DNA from: Octopus sinensis | Lineage: Eukaryota | DNA: 64,000 nt | Assembly: GCF_006345805.1 (NCBI RefSeq) | Contig: NW_021835690.1 | Coordinates: forward strand, 124,001 to 188,000 | Direction: 5' to 3' | Notes under the pieces: generated by a model | Database searches by the model: none | Told to the model about the DNA's origin: nothing | The model's input: the letters and a program-made list of their open reading frames with translations, nothing else | Part shown: positions 1 to 13,810 of the stretch, one piece after another | Layout of the letters: every line of letters starts with the position of its first letter | Position numbering within the stretch: the first letter of the stretch is position 1 | Position numbers and translations under genes: made by a program

Positions 1-249
1 CGTAAATCTAACGTGCAAGCGGTCGAGCACTCCGCAGGCAAACCTTTAACATAGTTCTCAGGGAGATTCAGCAGGACACAGAGTGTGACAAGGCTGGTCC
101 CCTTTGAATTACTGGTACAACTCACTTTTGCCAGCTGAGTGAACTCCAGTAATGTGTAATAAAGTGTCTTGCTCAAGGACACAACATGCCGCCAGGAATC
201 GAACTCACGACCGCGAACTAATACCCTAATCACTAAGCCACGCGCCTCC
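1..249 (-). mobile_element. SINE family B (tRNA head plus gtccttgagcaagacac central domain)
   Basis: Homologous to the copy at 55562-55885. Confidence 0.85.
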
Positions 250-841
250 ACTGTTCTATGTGCAACTTGATTATGATCTACCACAGTATTTATAATCGTA
301 ATTAGACATGATGACAACACTGGTTCTAAACCCATGCGTATAAAAATGTGTTTGTAAATATATATTTGATGGTTTATAAAAGTGTGAAAACATAATTGTG
401 CTCTCGTTTATATTCCATTGGCGAATTTATTTCTGTGTATATACGTGTCCGTCTATTGTCTTTCCAATATGTAAATATATTTCTTTATTGGTGTACGCTT
501 CAATGTGTGAACATGTAAGAATATGTCTATGTATGAGTGCAAGAGAATGGGATGAGCAAATCCTTTTATTTCATTGATTTACAATTTCTTCATTGAACAT
601 CAATTTCGTGAGCTGGATTATAATCTATCTGATAGCCTCACTCACAGTTGAGTTTAATAAAGTAAACACCAGTGTTAGCGCCCAAATGAAATTATATATG
701 TATATGTGTGTGTGTGTAAATATATGTATATAAATTGAAAATATGTGGAAAACATAAAAAGTGGAAGAGAAATGACTTCGTTTCACATAGTTTAATATCT
801 TTTATAAAGAAATTTATATATAAATATATTTATCAAGTCTT

Positions 842-1159
842 GTACTTATCTTATCGGCCTCTCTTTTGCCGAACTGCTAATTTACAGGGACGTAAATAAA
901 TCCAACACCGGTTGTGAAGCGATGGTGAGGGACAGATACGGAAACAAAGACACACACGCACATACTCACGTACATATATATGTATAAGTATATATACACT
1001 CGATGAGCGTCTTTCAGTTTCCGCCTACCATTTCCACTCACAAGTCTCTAGTCGATCCGAGGCTATAGTAGAAAATACTAGCCGAAGGCTCCACATACAG
1101 TGGAACCTAACCCGGAGCCATGTGGTTGGGAAGCAAACTTCTTACCACACAGCCACGCC
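842..1159 (-). mobile_element. SINE family C (internal microsatellite)
   Basis: Homologous to the full copy at 56086-56490. Confidence 0.85.
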
Positions 1160-1399
1160 AGCGAGCGACATTCTTTATTCAAAGCCACTACAATTGTTTC
1201 GACGCATATTCGCCCCTGTAGTTCATAGGTGAGATGTTGTGAAGTCAATTATTTTACATCATAGTTGTAGAATGCGCTTCCTAGGGTGACTATTTAAACA
1301 AGTTCTTCGAAATATCTTCTCGTCATGTCACTCAGTTTCACAATGTATACCTAAATTGAGGTGGCATTTTACCAGTTTATCTGCGGAACTAATTGTAGA

Positions 1400-3300
1400 T
1401 TCAATAAGAGACAATTTAACTACCTGAAAATCCTACCAACATATCAACGCCTAGAACTTTTAAGGAGGAATTGTATAAAATCATAAAAATTATAAAATCC
1501 AAGAAGACATCAACTACCAACAAAAAGAAGACAACAACGCCAGTAAAAATTGAGAAAACCACTGGAGGAATTCCAAAGAGCATCAGGCATATTAGTACCT
1601 ATTTCTTTACTACCCACAAGGAGCTAAACACAGAGGGGACAAACAAGGACAGACAAATGGGTTAAGTCGATTACATCGACCCCAGCGCGTAACTGGAACT
1701 TATTTAATCGACCCCGAAGGATGAAAGGCAAAGTCGACCTCGGCGGAATTTGAACTCAGAACGCAGCGACAGACGAAATACCGCTAAGCATTTCTCCTGG
1801 CGTGCTAACGATTCTGCCAGCTCGACGCCTTAGGCATATTAGTACCGGCGGATAAAACTGGTAAGTCATACATTGTTAAAATAACACTATTTTTTACAAA
1901 ACTAATCATGAAAGAACTAGAGATGCATTAACTGGTGTAAATAAGAGCTTTGAAATATTTACACAACATGGAATAGAAGATAGAACCGAGCCATATGCCC
2001 CCTCAAAAAAAATTAGAATTAACTAAACTTTGTATAATACTAACTTTGATAATAACCCTACAGATAGACAAGTGTGCCCCTCTAAATTGGATATTGGTAG
2101 GATTAGTAAAAGTATTATTGACAGAATACTTCCAAATTTTAGATCGAAGATTAAACTCTCTCTATGGTCTGTTGGATGGTTCAAAAGACTGAATTGGATG
2201 AAAAGTAGCAAATTTACACAACTCGACATATCAAATTATTATTCTACTGTTAGTCTGGTTCTTCTGAACAAGGCTTTAATTTTTGCCATGCGCAATTCTG
2301 ATTTTTCTAGGTCAGAGTTAGATATTATACTAGCTGCACATGGTATTCTGATAGATTTTGATAATAAACTAGGGACGAGATCGGATAGAATAGACTCTTT
2401 CGATATTACAATGGGATCTAGTGACTCAGCGAAAGTCACTGAGCTTGTCAGAATATATATCCTATTCCAGATCTGGTCCTGGTTTTCACGGATGGGGAAT
2501 AACCTGTATAGGGTCGACACATTCTTCATAACTTATAGGTTTAATAAGGTAGAAATGGAGAGATACAAGAAACGACTATTTAAATTCTTCAAAAATTTTG
2601 GACAATCCGTTAATACAGAAAATAATTACCGTGAAGTAAATTTTCTCGATCTAACATTTAATTTGGATGCAAGATCATTCGAACTACACCATAAGCCAAA
2701 CGAAAACCTGAGATATATAAATGTAAAATCTAATCACCCACCCTCTATTATGAACGGACTTGTAAGAAACATATCTAATCGAATACCCAAACTTTTGGCT
2801 AAGGAAAGAAGTTAAATAACACACATGGACACTATTGCAGTGCAGCATTGGCTAGGGTTGCTTATACAGAGAAAAGGAAATATTTGCTTAATAATAATCT
2901 AATTAATCTACAGAGCCACAATAGTAATAGAACTAAACCTTACCTTAATAGATAAAATTGTAAGCACGCAATAAAGGGCGGTGGTCATGTCAGACTAATT
3001 AAGAGTGAAAATTGACACATTAAATAAAATTAGAAGTGAAAACAGTATTAGTCTAAATATTAGGTAGAACGTAACTCCTTGGGCAATGACCCTTCCACAA
3101 TTTATATTAGTAGTCACAGACCGAACAAAAAGTATAAAATATTTAATGTTTTGTGGCATAATCCAATCTTCGGATCACGAATATCATCCGGGATTACCAG
3201 ATAATTGTTGCCTTAGGTAAGTATTTTCTAAAATCTAACAAATACCACAAGATTTGTAAGACACACCGTGAAGTTATTGAATACTATTTTATATTATTAT
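1400..3300 (+). mobile_element. Penelope-like retroelement RT remnant (Naiad-like), interrupted by a SINE
   Basis: Motifs LVPADKT (~1840), QVCPSKLDIGRISKSIIDRI, FDITMGSSDSAKVTELV, VNFLDLTFNL, KPNENLRYINVKSNHPP (ORF 2030-2815), then frameshifted YCSAALARVAY and VLWHNPIF. The YxDD motif has decayed to LYRVDT. Confidence 0.85.
1600..1831 (-). mobile_element. tRNA-derived SINE family D, full copy with 15-bp TSD
   Basis: TSD aggcatattagtacc at 1585-1599 and 1832-1846; body gttcaaattccgccgaggtcgactttgcctttc. Confidence 0.9.
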
Positions 3301-4020
3301 ATAGGATGGGATTCTTTCAGTTTCCACCATATCCAGTCAGAAGAATATTTTCCAACGTACCACGCTGTAGCACTAAACAAGAAACTTTGTATAGCTCTGT
3401 CTGTAAAATTGCGTGGGGAGTGAACGCAATATAATCTGTATGTTTCGGGGAAGTGTGAGAAGGTTATGTCGGTTTCAGTTGAAGAGAGTGTGTGAGAGGT
3501 CGGATCTAGTTGTACTCCTGTTGGAATATCGCAGATTCTGGCAGTATAGTTCTCGTATAATACATGCGCTTGGCAGCTTAATTTTTATATTTTCGTTGAA
3601 AGCATGGAGTTGAAAGTTTTGCTGATTTCAATAGTAGTAACAGTGCATGTAGAAGTGTTTTTAAGTTTCACTACGTTTTATGTTAGAGTTGTGCGCAGTT
3701 TAGTGGTTGTGTGTTATGGACTAAATCTCGAGAGAGTCATGTCTGGATTTCCGGAGTATTTGAGAGTATGCAGTGGAGTAATGTTTCTGTATGATGCCAC
3801 TTGCATTTTCTTTTTAAGCTATGGAATTGTTAAAAGTTTTCACGGCTTCTGATAATTTCCCATGTTTTAGGAATTCGACAGTTCCGCTAGTGGATATTTG
3901 TAGAGTACTTGGGTTCCTGAAGGCTCTATGTGTTTTAGTCCTGATGTATACATGATATCCCACCTTCTCATTTCCTTTATAAAGGGACCTCAGGCTTATT
4001 GTTATTTGATCAACAAACAC
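3300..4020 (-). mobile_element. Probable PLE GIY-YIG/3' region in inverted orientation
   Basis: Minus-strand translation PKTWEIIRSREN…KRKCKWHHTETLL resembles the PLE endonuclease pattern W.I…C.LC..EK; heavily decayed. Confidence 0.45.
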
Positions 4021-6126
4021 TGAAATGTAAGTGTGACATGGTTACAATATCAATTAGTTCCATTCATTTCACTACTACAACTAATCAGATAAGTTATTAG
4101 TTCCACCATCATATCATGCTATTCTCATTATTTTACAAACTATGCCAGACCACTTAAATTGGGTTGGAGGAGGTTAATAAGTCCAGGCAAAATCAATTTT
4201 ATTTTCGCTTGGGAAATTAACAGGTCTCTGTCTGGGTTAGTGATATTTTCGTTCTATCATTTGCCACAGTTAACTGAAGGTATTAGAATACACAATTACA
4301 TACATATCCAATTAAAGGATTATAATTTTTAAAATATAATTTGACTACAGATAACATAATTACAGTGCCGTATAGCTAATATAATTTTGATAACTTCATA
4401 ATTTGATTTTAAAACTAAGTTTCTATAAAATTTCCATTTTGCTTTGAGCATATTTCTCAGGGAAAAAACCGCAATGGATGTCAAAATCGTGCTCTTTCGT
4501 CGATTGTTTCAAAAATAGAAAAATTATTTAGAAAAATACTAGATTCATGGTATATATAAATATGTGGTCAGTTTTATATTTGAGAGATCTTTTGAAAAAT
4601 GATATCAGCCCGGAACAAAGAGAATTATCCTTTCGTGCTTTCCGCCAGTAATTGCTACATCGAAATATAATATCGACACATCTTACTCTATACAGTACTT
4701 TGTTTCTCATCGATTTCAAATAAGCCATTATCAAATGGATCAATAACTAAAGAATTCAGTTCAGTTTAACTCCAAGCCAACAAAATATAGATCGGTTTTT
4801 AACTTATTGACTACAATCCCAAATTGTGTGTGTGTGCGTTAGCATGCTGGGCAAAGCGCTTAGCGACATTTCATTCGTCTTTACGTTCTGAGTTCAAATT
4901 CCACCAGGGTTAAATTTGCCTTTCATCCTTCCTGGGTCGATAAAATAAATACCAGTTGAACATTGGGGTCTATGTAATCGACATAACCCCTTCTCCGAAA
5001 TTGCTGGCCCTTTGTCATTGTGCCAAACATTGAAATCATTATTACTGCTCTATCATATTTTATCAAGGCCTAGATCTAAGACCGAAGTAGTTTTCTTATA
5101 ATAATTATCTAACGTACCTTCGTTGTTGAATTCTTTAAGTAAATCGTGTGTCTCGACAACCGATGTATACTCATTTTTACCAATTTCTTGCAGTTAGTAT
5201 AACACTGTAGAAATCTATATGGATTTCCGAAATCATCTCCCCAGCTTTTTGAGACTTTACATAACTGCATGAATAAAATCACCTGATGCAGCTAATTCAA
5301 TGTATTTTAACGAAAAGCTAACTATGCATGTCACACGTTTGCATATTATTCCATTATAAAGTTCAAGGGTTTCTGCCAGGAAAAAATCAATTTAACTTAA
5401 GCAATTACTGACAAATATTGTCTTTAATAAAGAATAAGCAATGCAGTTTAGCAACTGATTCATAAGCAAAACAACTTACAAAATTGTTATCGCGACGTCA
5501 CCTTCCAGGCTGCAGAGAGAATACGAATATTATTTTATTTTGAAGTAAAAAAAAGTGTGATTTAAACAGGTTAAATTCTATGAATATTAGATAAGCTCAT
5601 TTACAAAATTATTTTAGTAATAATGTTTTTTAACACTCCAGGTGCAAAATGTCGCAGCTTCTCATACTATAAACATACATTTTGTCACCACGGTAATTGA
5701 CAAAGGAGTTCAATATAGGGTTGTTTCAACGATGAGAAAAACAAACAAATGTAATTATAGATATAACTTTATCCATTTATTCTTTTTAAATTCAATACAA
5801 TAATCATTCTATTGCGAAACTCTAATGGATAAATTCCAATAACTTAACCACAGTTTGACATATGACACAGGGACCACTTGCAAGATATCCTTGGCTGAGA
5901 AGGTATTACTATTATACAAGATATACGGTCCAAATGCTTTTAATGGATCTGATTGTGCCAAAGAAAGCAAATGCTTGGGCGAAACCCAGTATTTTACTTC
6001 TGCGTCTTATCCCAGAGTTTTTGCTGTTGTTGTTGTAGTTTTTTTTCTTTTGTTAGCATTAAGAATGGCGAATTCCCTGAACTTAGATTCAACACCTTAA
6101 TTGATATGAAACAACATATCTTTTAT

Positions 6127-6342
6127 ATTTTGTTTCAATCATCACAGTGCGGCCATGCTGGGACACCGCCTTCACGAAGTTTTAGTCGAATGAATCGACC
6201 TCAGGACATCTTTTAAGTCTGGTACTTATTCTATCGGTCTCTTTTGTCGAACCGCTAAATTACAGGGACGCAAAAAACAACACCGGTTGTCAAACGGTGG
6301 TGGAGGACAAACACAAATACAAAGATACACACACACACACAC

Positions 6343-6373
<31 letters not shown>

Positions 6374-6375
6374 GA
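6127..6375 (-). mobile_element. SINE family C, 3' half
   Basis: ggccatgctgg and cttattctatcggtctcttttg motifs followed by (CA)n. Confidence 0.8.
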
Positions 6376-8575
6376 CGAACACTTTGGATAATGTAGTCTT
6401 AGATAAATAAGCCTGGCCAATTAGAGCTAACCCGGGGCTGAAAAAACAACATGATCAGCAATAAAAAATATATATTTGGAGCTCAATAACGAAAATGAGA
6501 TTTATGAACGCCAAAGAATTGCAATGCCTTTATCATCATAACAGAGAATGTTCAATCTTATTCCATCAATAATAATAAAAAACACTACCATAAACACAAT
6601 GAAAAAACCAACACAAATAGAAATACTTCAAATACGACTGACAAGACTTCCAATAACAATCCCGGTCACTAACATTAAATATATAACGAAAAATACCCAA
6701 AAGAAAAACCAGCACAAGACTAACACACAAACCTTAATTACGCTTCCACTGACGAAAAATAAAAGATATAAAACCAAGTATATAACAGATTATATAATGA
6801 CATACAGAATCACACAGAGAAACGTTTGATAATTTCCAGACATAATTAAATAGAAATTGTGTTCCTTTGAGGTCCGACATTACATGAGAAAAAAATAACG
6901 TGTAACAAATGACCTTATATAAGAGAGAACGCGGGGGGGGAGGATCAATCTATTCTTCAGTGACGCGGTTTTTCTTTTATTTTCGCTCTTTCTAATTGTG
7001 ATTTTGTGAGGTATTTTTGGCATATTATTTCATTTATTTATTTGTCATTTAATTATGTATTTATTTAGTTATTTAGCTATTGTTTAAGATATTGTTGTTT
7101 CCATTTTTTTTCTTCCATTTTGTTTTCTATTCGTTTACTTCTTTCACGAGAAAATTACTTCTATCTACATTATATTTCTGGTGAATGCCGTTTATATTTG
7201 TCTTCCCGCCATTACAGTGATCATTATTGTTGTTTTATTAATTGCCATTAATGAATCAATAGACTAAAAGAAAAGTCTTCGGCTTCCAGTGAGAGCATTA
7301 CATGACCATCATTAACCAGTTCTTAAGATGTGAAAATGAATATATCATAAAATATGTTTACCGTTTATTTTTCCATATTTCCACAGATATTCATACGCAA
7401 GCACAACACATTACACCCCAACCATAATTTCATGTATGAATTTTCATGCGAAGCTATCTGTTAGAATGTGGAAGATATTTTCAAAATGATATAAAAGACA
7501 AACGGAATTTACTGTACGAGACTTGTAATCATCATCTTTTAACGTTTATAATTTTGTACTTTTGAATCATGATTACAGAAGTATTTTATGCTTTTATTAA
7601 TATTTACCATTTTGATTATTTATTGCCCTAATGTTCTTATATTGCAATTAGAGGAACTATTTGACGCGGAGTAATCTGGGTAAGTGAATAGGTACTGCAC
7701 TACAACAGATGATCATTGACTTGTATTCTGACCCGGTGTATAACGTCAGATAGGTCATAAATTAAATTCATTTCATTGCAAATGAGAACACACTAATTCA
7801 TGAAATCAACTGCTGTAAATATTGGAAGTACTTCCTTCTTTCGTCAATATGAAAGTGTCAGGCTCAAGTCTAAGTAAGAAAATATTGTAGCAGTGTACGA
7901 AAGGAAGGGAAAAGATTCAATGTCAGTTATTACTGAGAAGATGTTCGGTTGAAAACAAGAAGCAGGAACTTCCCAGTAATCATGGTTCCATATCCACGTC
8001 GAAACAATCTATTTCTACTTATATCACAAATTCAATTCAAAAAGGATGAATATCGAAACATCTGGTTTCTCGCTTCGGCACAAATGTGTGTCTTTGTATC
8101 AAGCTAATAATTTCTTATTTACGAAACAGGATTCCTGGTTTATACATAGGTAGACACGGTCCAAAATAACTACAATAAGCACCATAAAAATTAAGTTTTG
8201 ATAAATACCATTAAAATAGTTTCGAATTGATGTACGAGATCTGATTGTATAGTTTCTACGTTCAGGTGAATCTGGAACCTTTACTTGAAATGAAATGACG
8301 TGACTCGGATTGCAATGTTAATTCTGAAAATGATACAAGAATAAACGTTAAGATACATTAAAATTTAGAAATGTAACAGCTGAGAGAATAATATTTCCTT
8401 CTAATAGTTATAAAGAGATAATGATAATGCTAGTAACATGATTTCTCAGTTAGGAACAAGATGCAACTTTGAGGCACAAGGGTTAGTCGATTACGTCAAC
8501 ACCTGTATTTTATTCACAGATATGTACTTATGTGTGTGTGTAGATATATATATATGTGTATGTATATATGTGCTT

Positions 8576-8705
8576 AATCAGCCGAAATTGCGAGGATGAT
8601 CCGGTTCTTGACTGAAGATTAGAGGCTTCGAATGACCCGTCCGTTTTTTGTGTCGTCTATTTGAGTGTTTTGCGTTCTTGTCCCATTTTGTATTTTTATA
8701 TATAT
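8576..8705 (+). repeat. Interspersed repeat abutting (TA)n; other copies at 9463-9600 and 45806-45940
   Basis: Three copies of gatccggttcttgactgaagat…cttcgaatg.cccgtccg…ttttgcgttcttgtccca, each ending in (TA)n. Probably a PLE terminal fragment (inference). Confidence 0.75.
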
Positions 8706-8710
8706 TTTTT

Positions 8711-8768
<58 letters not shown>

Positions 8769-8769
8769 A

Positions 8770-9074
8770 CGTGATCACCGTGACTGACCAGGCTATCAGA
8801 TGCTGCTACACATCGCTGGTCACAATGCGCTTCGCATTGTTTTAGCCTTCAAATGACGCCACCCCGCTGGCTAAGCGAGCAGGCCAACAGAAGAATGAGT
8901 GAGAGAAAGTTGTGACGAAAGAGTACAGCAGGGATCGCCACCCACCCCCTGCCGGAGCTCGAGGAGCTTTTAGGTGTTTTCGCTCAATAAACACTCACAA
9001 CGCCCGGTCTGGGAATCGAAACCGCGATCCTACAACTGCGAGTCCGCTGCCCTAACCACTGGGCCATTGCGCCT

Positions 9075-9076
<2 letters not shown>
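8770..9076 (-). mobile_element. SINE family A, full
   Basis: tRNA-like head ggaggcgcaatggcccagtggttagggcagcgg with A and B boxes; tail gtcacggtgatcacg. Confidence 0.9.
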
Positions 9077-9111
<35 letters not shown>

Positions 9112-9595
9112 TATATATATATATATATATATATAGCCTTTTGGCCTCCGACCAGCGCCGTGAGAACATCGTTGTCTTTGTCTGCCGAAAAAGGAATTTT
9201 TTCCAAATACGCCAGCTAAACTTGTTGTACTGTTATTAGTCGTAAGACACCTGATGTTTTCGGCCTGTTTTTACCATTATTGTTTTTTGTATTTCATTTT
9301 TGTTTTTTGTATTTCATTATTGTTTTTTGTATTTTATATTCGTGTGGCATCGTCCGTTTTTCTGTCCCTGTTTCGTATACATTCGATCCTTCTTCCAAGA
9401 AATCTAATGCTCGTAGCTTAGTTTTTCCTTGGGGCTGGCCGGATCGGAGTGATCTCAAGATTAATCAGCCGAAATTGCTACGGTGATCCGGTTCTTGACT
9501 GAAGATTGAGGGCTTCGAATGTCCCGTCCGTGTTTTTTGTATCATCTTCTAAGTGTTTTGCGTTCTTGTCCCAGTTTGTATTTTTCTACATATAT

Positions 9596-9634
<39 letters not shown>

Positions 9635-9857
9635 AATTCCAACCACGTTTTGTGGTTCGCTAACTCAACAACTCCTTTAAAGGATCCAGTAGCTAAGGGC
9701 GTCATCAGGTTGAAACATTTTCCAACGTGGCCCCACCCACCCACCACAACCTTTTGGAGATGTCTGGTATTGAGTGCGTTTCTTTTTTTTTTTTGTTCTT
9801 TGGTTACGTCGTCTTCCATGCAGCGTCAACGAATGTCAGCGACCTAATATATACACG

Positions 9858-10072
9858 AGAGATTGCTGTAAAGTTCCTGGATTTGGGTAAAAGAAAATAC
9901 GGCAGGATCAGTTAATTATCATTTTATTAACCATATTCCCCTCTCAGCTTCACACATTTATTGCAGCGGTCCTTCAGTTTTTCGAAACCCAGTAAAATAA
10001 ATCGGAAGTTTGAGACTCCAACCAGGCCTTTCGCGACACCGTTAAATCGAGGAACTTTCCAATATCCGTTAG
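9858..10072 (-). mobile_element. Mariner-derived MITE; sister of 27229-27447
   Basis: Carries a transposase C-terminus (GFEKLKDRCNKCVKLRGEY) and degenerate TIRs. Confidence 0.7.
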
Positions 10073-10079
10073 TAAATAA

Positions 10080-10142
<63 letters not shown>

Positions 10143-10147
10143 GTGCA

Positions 10148-10668
10148 TCTTTTACTTGTTTCAGTTATTTGGCTGAGGCCAGGGTGGAGCACCGCCTTTA
10201 GTCGAACAACTTGACCCCCACGACTTATTCTTTGTAAACCTAGTACTTATTCTATCGGTCACTTTGCCGAACCGCTAGACCACAGGGACGTAAGTACACC
10301 AATATCGGCTGTCAAGCGATGGGGCGGGGACAAAGACACACACACAAATATATATATACGACGAGCTTCTTTCCGTTTCCTTCTATCAAATCCATTAAGA
10401 AGGCTTTGGTCAGCCCAAGTTTATAGAAGAAGACACTTGCCCAAGGTGCCATGCAGTAGGACTGAACCTGGAACCATGTGGTTGGGAAGCAAGCTTCGTA
10501 CCACATGGCCACGCGGCACCTATACACATATATATATACACAACGGGCTTCTTTCAGTTTCCTTCTACCAAATTCACTCACAAGGCTATAATAGAAGACA
10601 GCTGCCCAAGGTGTCACACAGTGGAACCACGTGGTTGGGAAGCAAGCTTCTTACTACACAGCCATGCT
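10148..10668 (-). mobile_element. SINE family C, full copy plus a second 5' half
   Basis: Homologous to 56086-56490. Confidence 0.8.
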
Positions 10669-10687
10669 TGTATACATATACATTAAG

Positions 10688-10718
<31 letters not shown>

Positions 10719-10790
10719 GTATGTATGTATGTATGTATGTATGTATGTATGTATGTATGTATGTATGTATGTATGTGTATATATATAGAG

Positions 10791-10863
<73 letters not shown>

Positions 10864-11048
10864 TGAATAAATAAGTACCAGTAAATCACTGGGGTCGATA
10901 TAATCGACTTAATCCGTTTGTCTGTCCTTGTTTGTCCCCCTCTATGTTTAGCCCCCTGTGGACAATAAAGAAATAAATATGAATTAGAGATAAAACCACT
11001 ATTATGCAACTCAAACAGTGATAGACATAAAACAATACATAAATAACA

Positions 11049-11095
<47 letters not shown>

Positions 11096-11547
11096 TAATT
11101 ATAATTTTTTTTTAGTTGCATAATAGTGGTTTTATCTCTAATTCATATTTTATATATTTATACTGTGAAATTTGATTTAATACTAAAATGAAGTTTCCCT
11201 GTAAGTTTGGAGTTATACTCCCTAATATTATTATATATATATACTTTTAGTATCACAGGGAGACCTAAGACTGGTGGTAAGCCTAAGTGTTTGTATAGAA
11301 GTGCAATAGACTCCATATTGGACAAAATGTTGGTTTATCGCAAATATTAATCTTATCTACGTTCATAGATTTAAGGATTAAGCCGTAAATGCAAACAACC
11401 AAGATAGAGATGACGACTCCTTCTCTGTTGATGTCAGTGTTTCTTAGAGGGGGTCCCTGTGTGGTCCTGTAAATTTGAAAGGGATCAGACTAGTTGTCGT
11501 GTTTACGTTAGTGACTACGAGTTAGTTTTAAATATTCTAAACTTTCC

Positions 11548-11580
11548 AACACGATGGCGACGGAAGAAACATGGCGGCTA
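11548..11580 (+). promoter_or_regulatory. Candidate promoter motif cluster (ATGGCG, CGGAAG, AAACATGGCGGC)
   Basis: Two YY1-like ATGGCG cores (11554, 11571) flank an ETS-like CGGAAG (11561). Motif only. Confidence 0.3.
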
Positions 11581-11949
11581 ACTTTGATAATAATTTATTC
11601 TCTTTCATAAAGAAGGACTAACAAAAATGTCGTTAATATAGAAAAGTGGGAGGTAGTATATAACAGATTGACAACCACTCATCTGGAAACCTCGCCACTC
11701 ACCTGGTTGTATTTGTAATAACTTGTTTCGATTAAATATAAATACATATTATCAGAATTTTTAAATCGCATGAACGAGTTATTTAGACAAAGAGTAATCA
11801 ATATTTGTTTTCAATGAACTTGATCATTAATCAATCTCTTTTATCCAAGTGTACCCTAACTACAACAGCATGTATAAAACATAAGGAAATCTAATCAACA
11901 AAAATTAGCATAATACTCATTAGTTTATTTCGTTTACTTTTTCTCTTTT

Positions 11950-11954
11950 TCTCC

Positions 11955-12000
<46 letters not shown>

Positions 12001-12025
12001 CAATCTCTCACTCTCTCTCTCTCTT

Positions 12026-12079
<54 letters not shown>

Positions 12080-12083
12080 TTCT

Positions 12084-12168
<85 letters not shown>

Positions 12169-12170
12169 TC
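11950..12170. repeat. (CT)n/(TA)n compound microsatellite
   Basis: Directly visible. Confidence 0.95.
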
Positions 12171-13399
12171 TCCCGCTCATTTTTATTATCTTCGCCGTCC
12201 AAATCATGCTATAGAAATATATGCGTGTGCAGGAATACAGATATAAACGTATGTGTTTCTTTGAAAAATTTGGTTTTATTCTTTGCCACTTAATACCTTA
12301 TATTTATGTTCATTAGAACCATTATAAAATATTGTTTTGAAATATTGAATTTATTTGGATATGTCAAAAAGCAGTATTTTATCTTGGAAACTTGCAAAGC
12401 AATATCTATAAAATATTTCTGAAAATATGTAAAAACAAAAGACCAAAACAAAAATCAACAATTATAGAAATTAAGATATAAACAATTCAAACAATAGGCT
12501 TTTTAAGAACGATATCCTCATTAAGAACAGCCATCACCACAACAAAAGCTGAGATAAATGTAAGAATTATTTTTAAGAAGCGAAACCATTAAACTTGACA
12601 TAACTCCCATATATCTTGTAATATTTGTCCATATGTTATTATGTTTTAAGACAGACGGAAATTTTGTATATAATTCCCAATCAAAATATCTTTCGTTCTG
12701 TAACAATTTCAGAACATATTTTAACGAACTCGTAAAAATAAAAATTTGTATGCATTTATGTATATCATCTGATTATTTATTATTTAATCAATGTATTAAT
12801 TTACATTTTGTTTGTGTATTAATTTATGTTTCAGTTTTAATTCAAATTCCTTTTCGTTCTATAGCTTTTATTATTTTACGAATGCCATACTTTGCAGTAC
12901 AAAGGTGTTTTTCTAGATTTGATGGCCACCGAATTTTAGTAAGCTAGTCTTAAAATATTTCCACTAAAATAAAACAAATTATTTTACTATTGAAAAAAAT
13001 ATGCTTTGCATTATTTGCAATCGATGTCTGTTTTGTTTAAATAGATTTTGAAATAGATCGAATCAATATATTTTTACATTTTCGTATATTGCTGCTGATT
13101 ATTACAAGCATAAAACATGGCTTTCAAAATTAAAGATCGTCAGCGCGCAGTTAACTTCGTTACCATTAAGAAGACCAACATATTCAATGCAATAAAAACA
13201 AATCTATGAATTCTTTTTTCAGACACCAAAATGAGAAATCTGGTTGAAGAAAATCTCATAAAAAACAGCAAAACGTCATCCAAAACGTCTTGAGAAATCT
13301 CACACAAGAGCAGAATTCATATCAGGGGATAATACTGAATTCTCCATGAAAGCCTGTGGAGACAGTAAAATATTAGGTTTCCTGGCAATATGATGTTAC

Positions 13400-13725
13400 T
13401 GTTACCATTTTTCCTTGTTGCAAAAATGAATAATGAACAACTTCGTTCGCAGACCACCATACAATGGCCACTAACGTTTTAGTGTGCAATGGTGAGTTCG
13501 AGTAGTGTTTAGGTGACTCTCCTGCATATAATCACTGTCCTGTTCTTCTACTGTTATCAAAGAGTACTCATTTCTCATCACAAGTAATGATTTGATGCAA
13601 AAATGGTATTTTTCCAGTCGAGAAAGCAATAAGGAGCACACTTCAAGACGTCTGTTCTTTTGAATCTTGTTCAGCTGATGTGAAACAAGCCTATCCGTTT
13701 TCTTGACTCTTCCAATTTTTTACAA
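13400..13725 (-). mobile_element. Mariner transposase remnant (Hsmar1/Mos1-like)
   Basis: GKVKKTDRLVSHQLNKIQKNRRLEVCS…FLHQIITCDEK*VLFDNSRR…LVAIVWWSANEVVHYSFL, with stop codons. Confidence 0.85.
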
Positions 13726-13810
13726 ATTTTTATTAATTTAAATTTAAATTTAAAATGAGGAGAAGAAATTAGATATTAATTTAATTAACATCGATTTCAC
13801 ACCAGTGGTC

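Noticed and set aside
5642-7679. Possible plus-strand small exons at 5642-5692 and 7652-7679 with good splice signals
   Set aside because: Splice-like motifs are common in AT-rich DNA; no homology or coherent reading frame.
8612-8645. CTGAAGA…CGAA in the 8576/9463/45806 repeat as a hammerhead
   Set aside because: It has GAAT instead of GAAA, and CTTC pairs with the core itself; no valid stems I-III.
8770-9076. tRNA genes at SINE heads (also 17940, 30722, 35938, 55562)
   Set aside because: A and B boxes are present, but there is no complete acceptor stem and the sequence runs into SINE bodies.
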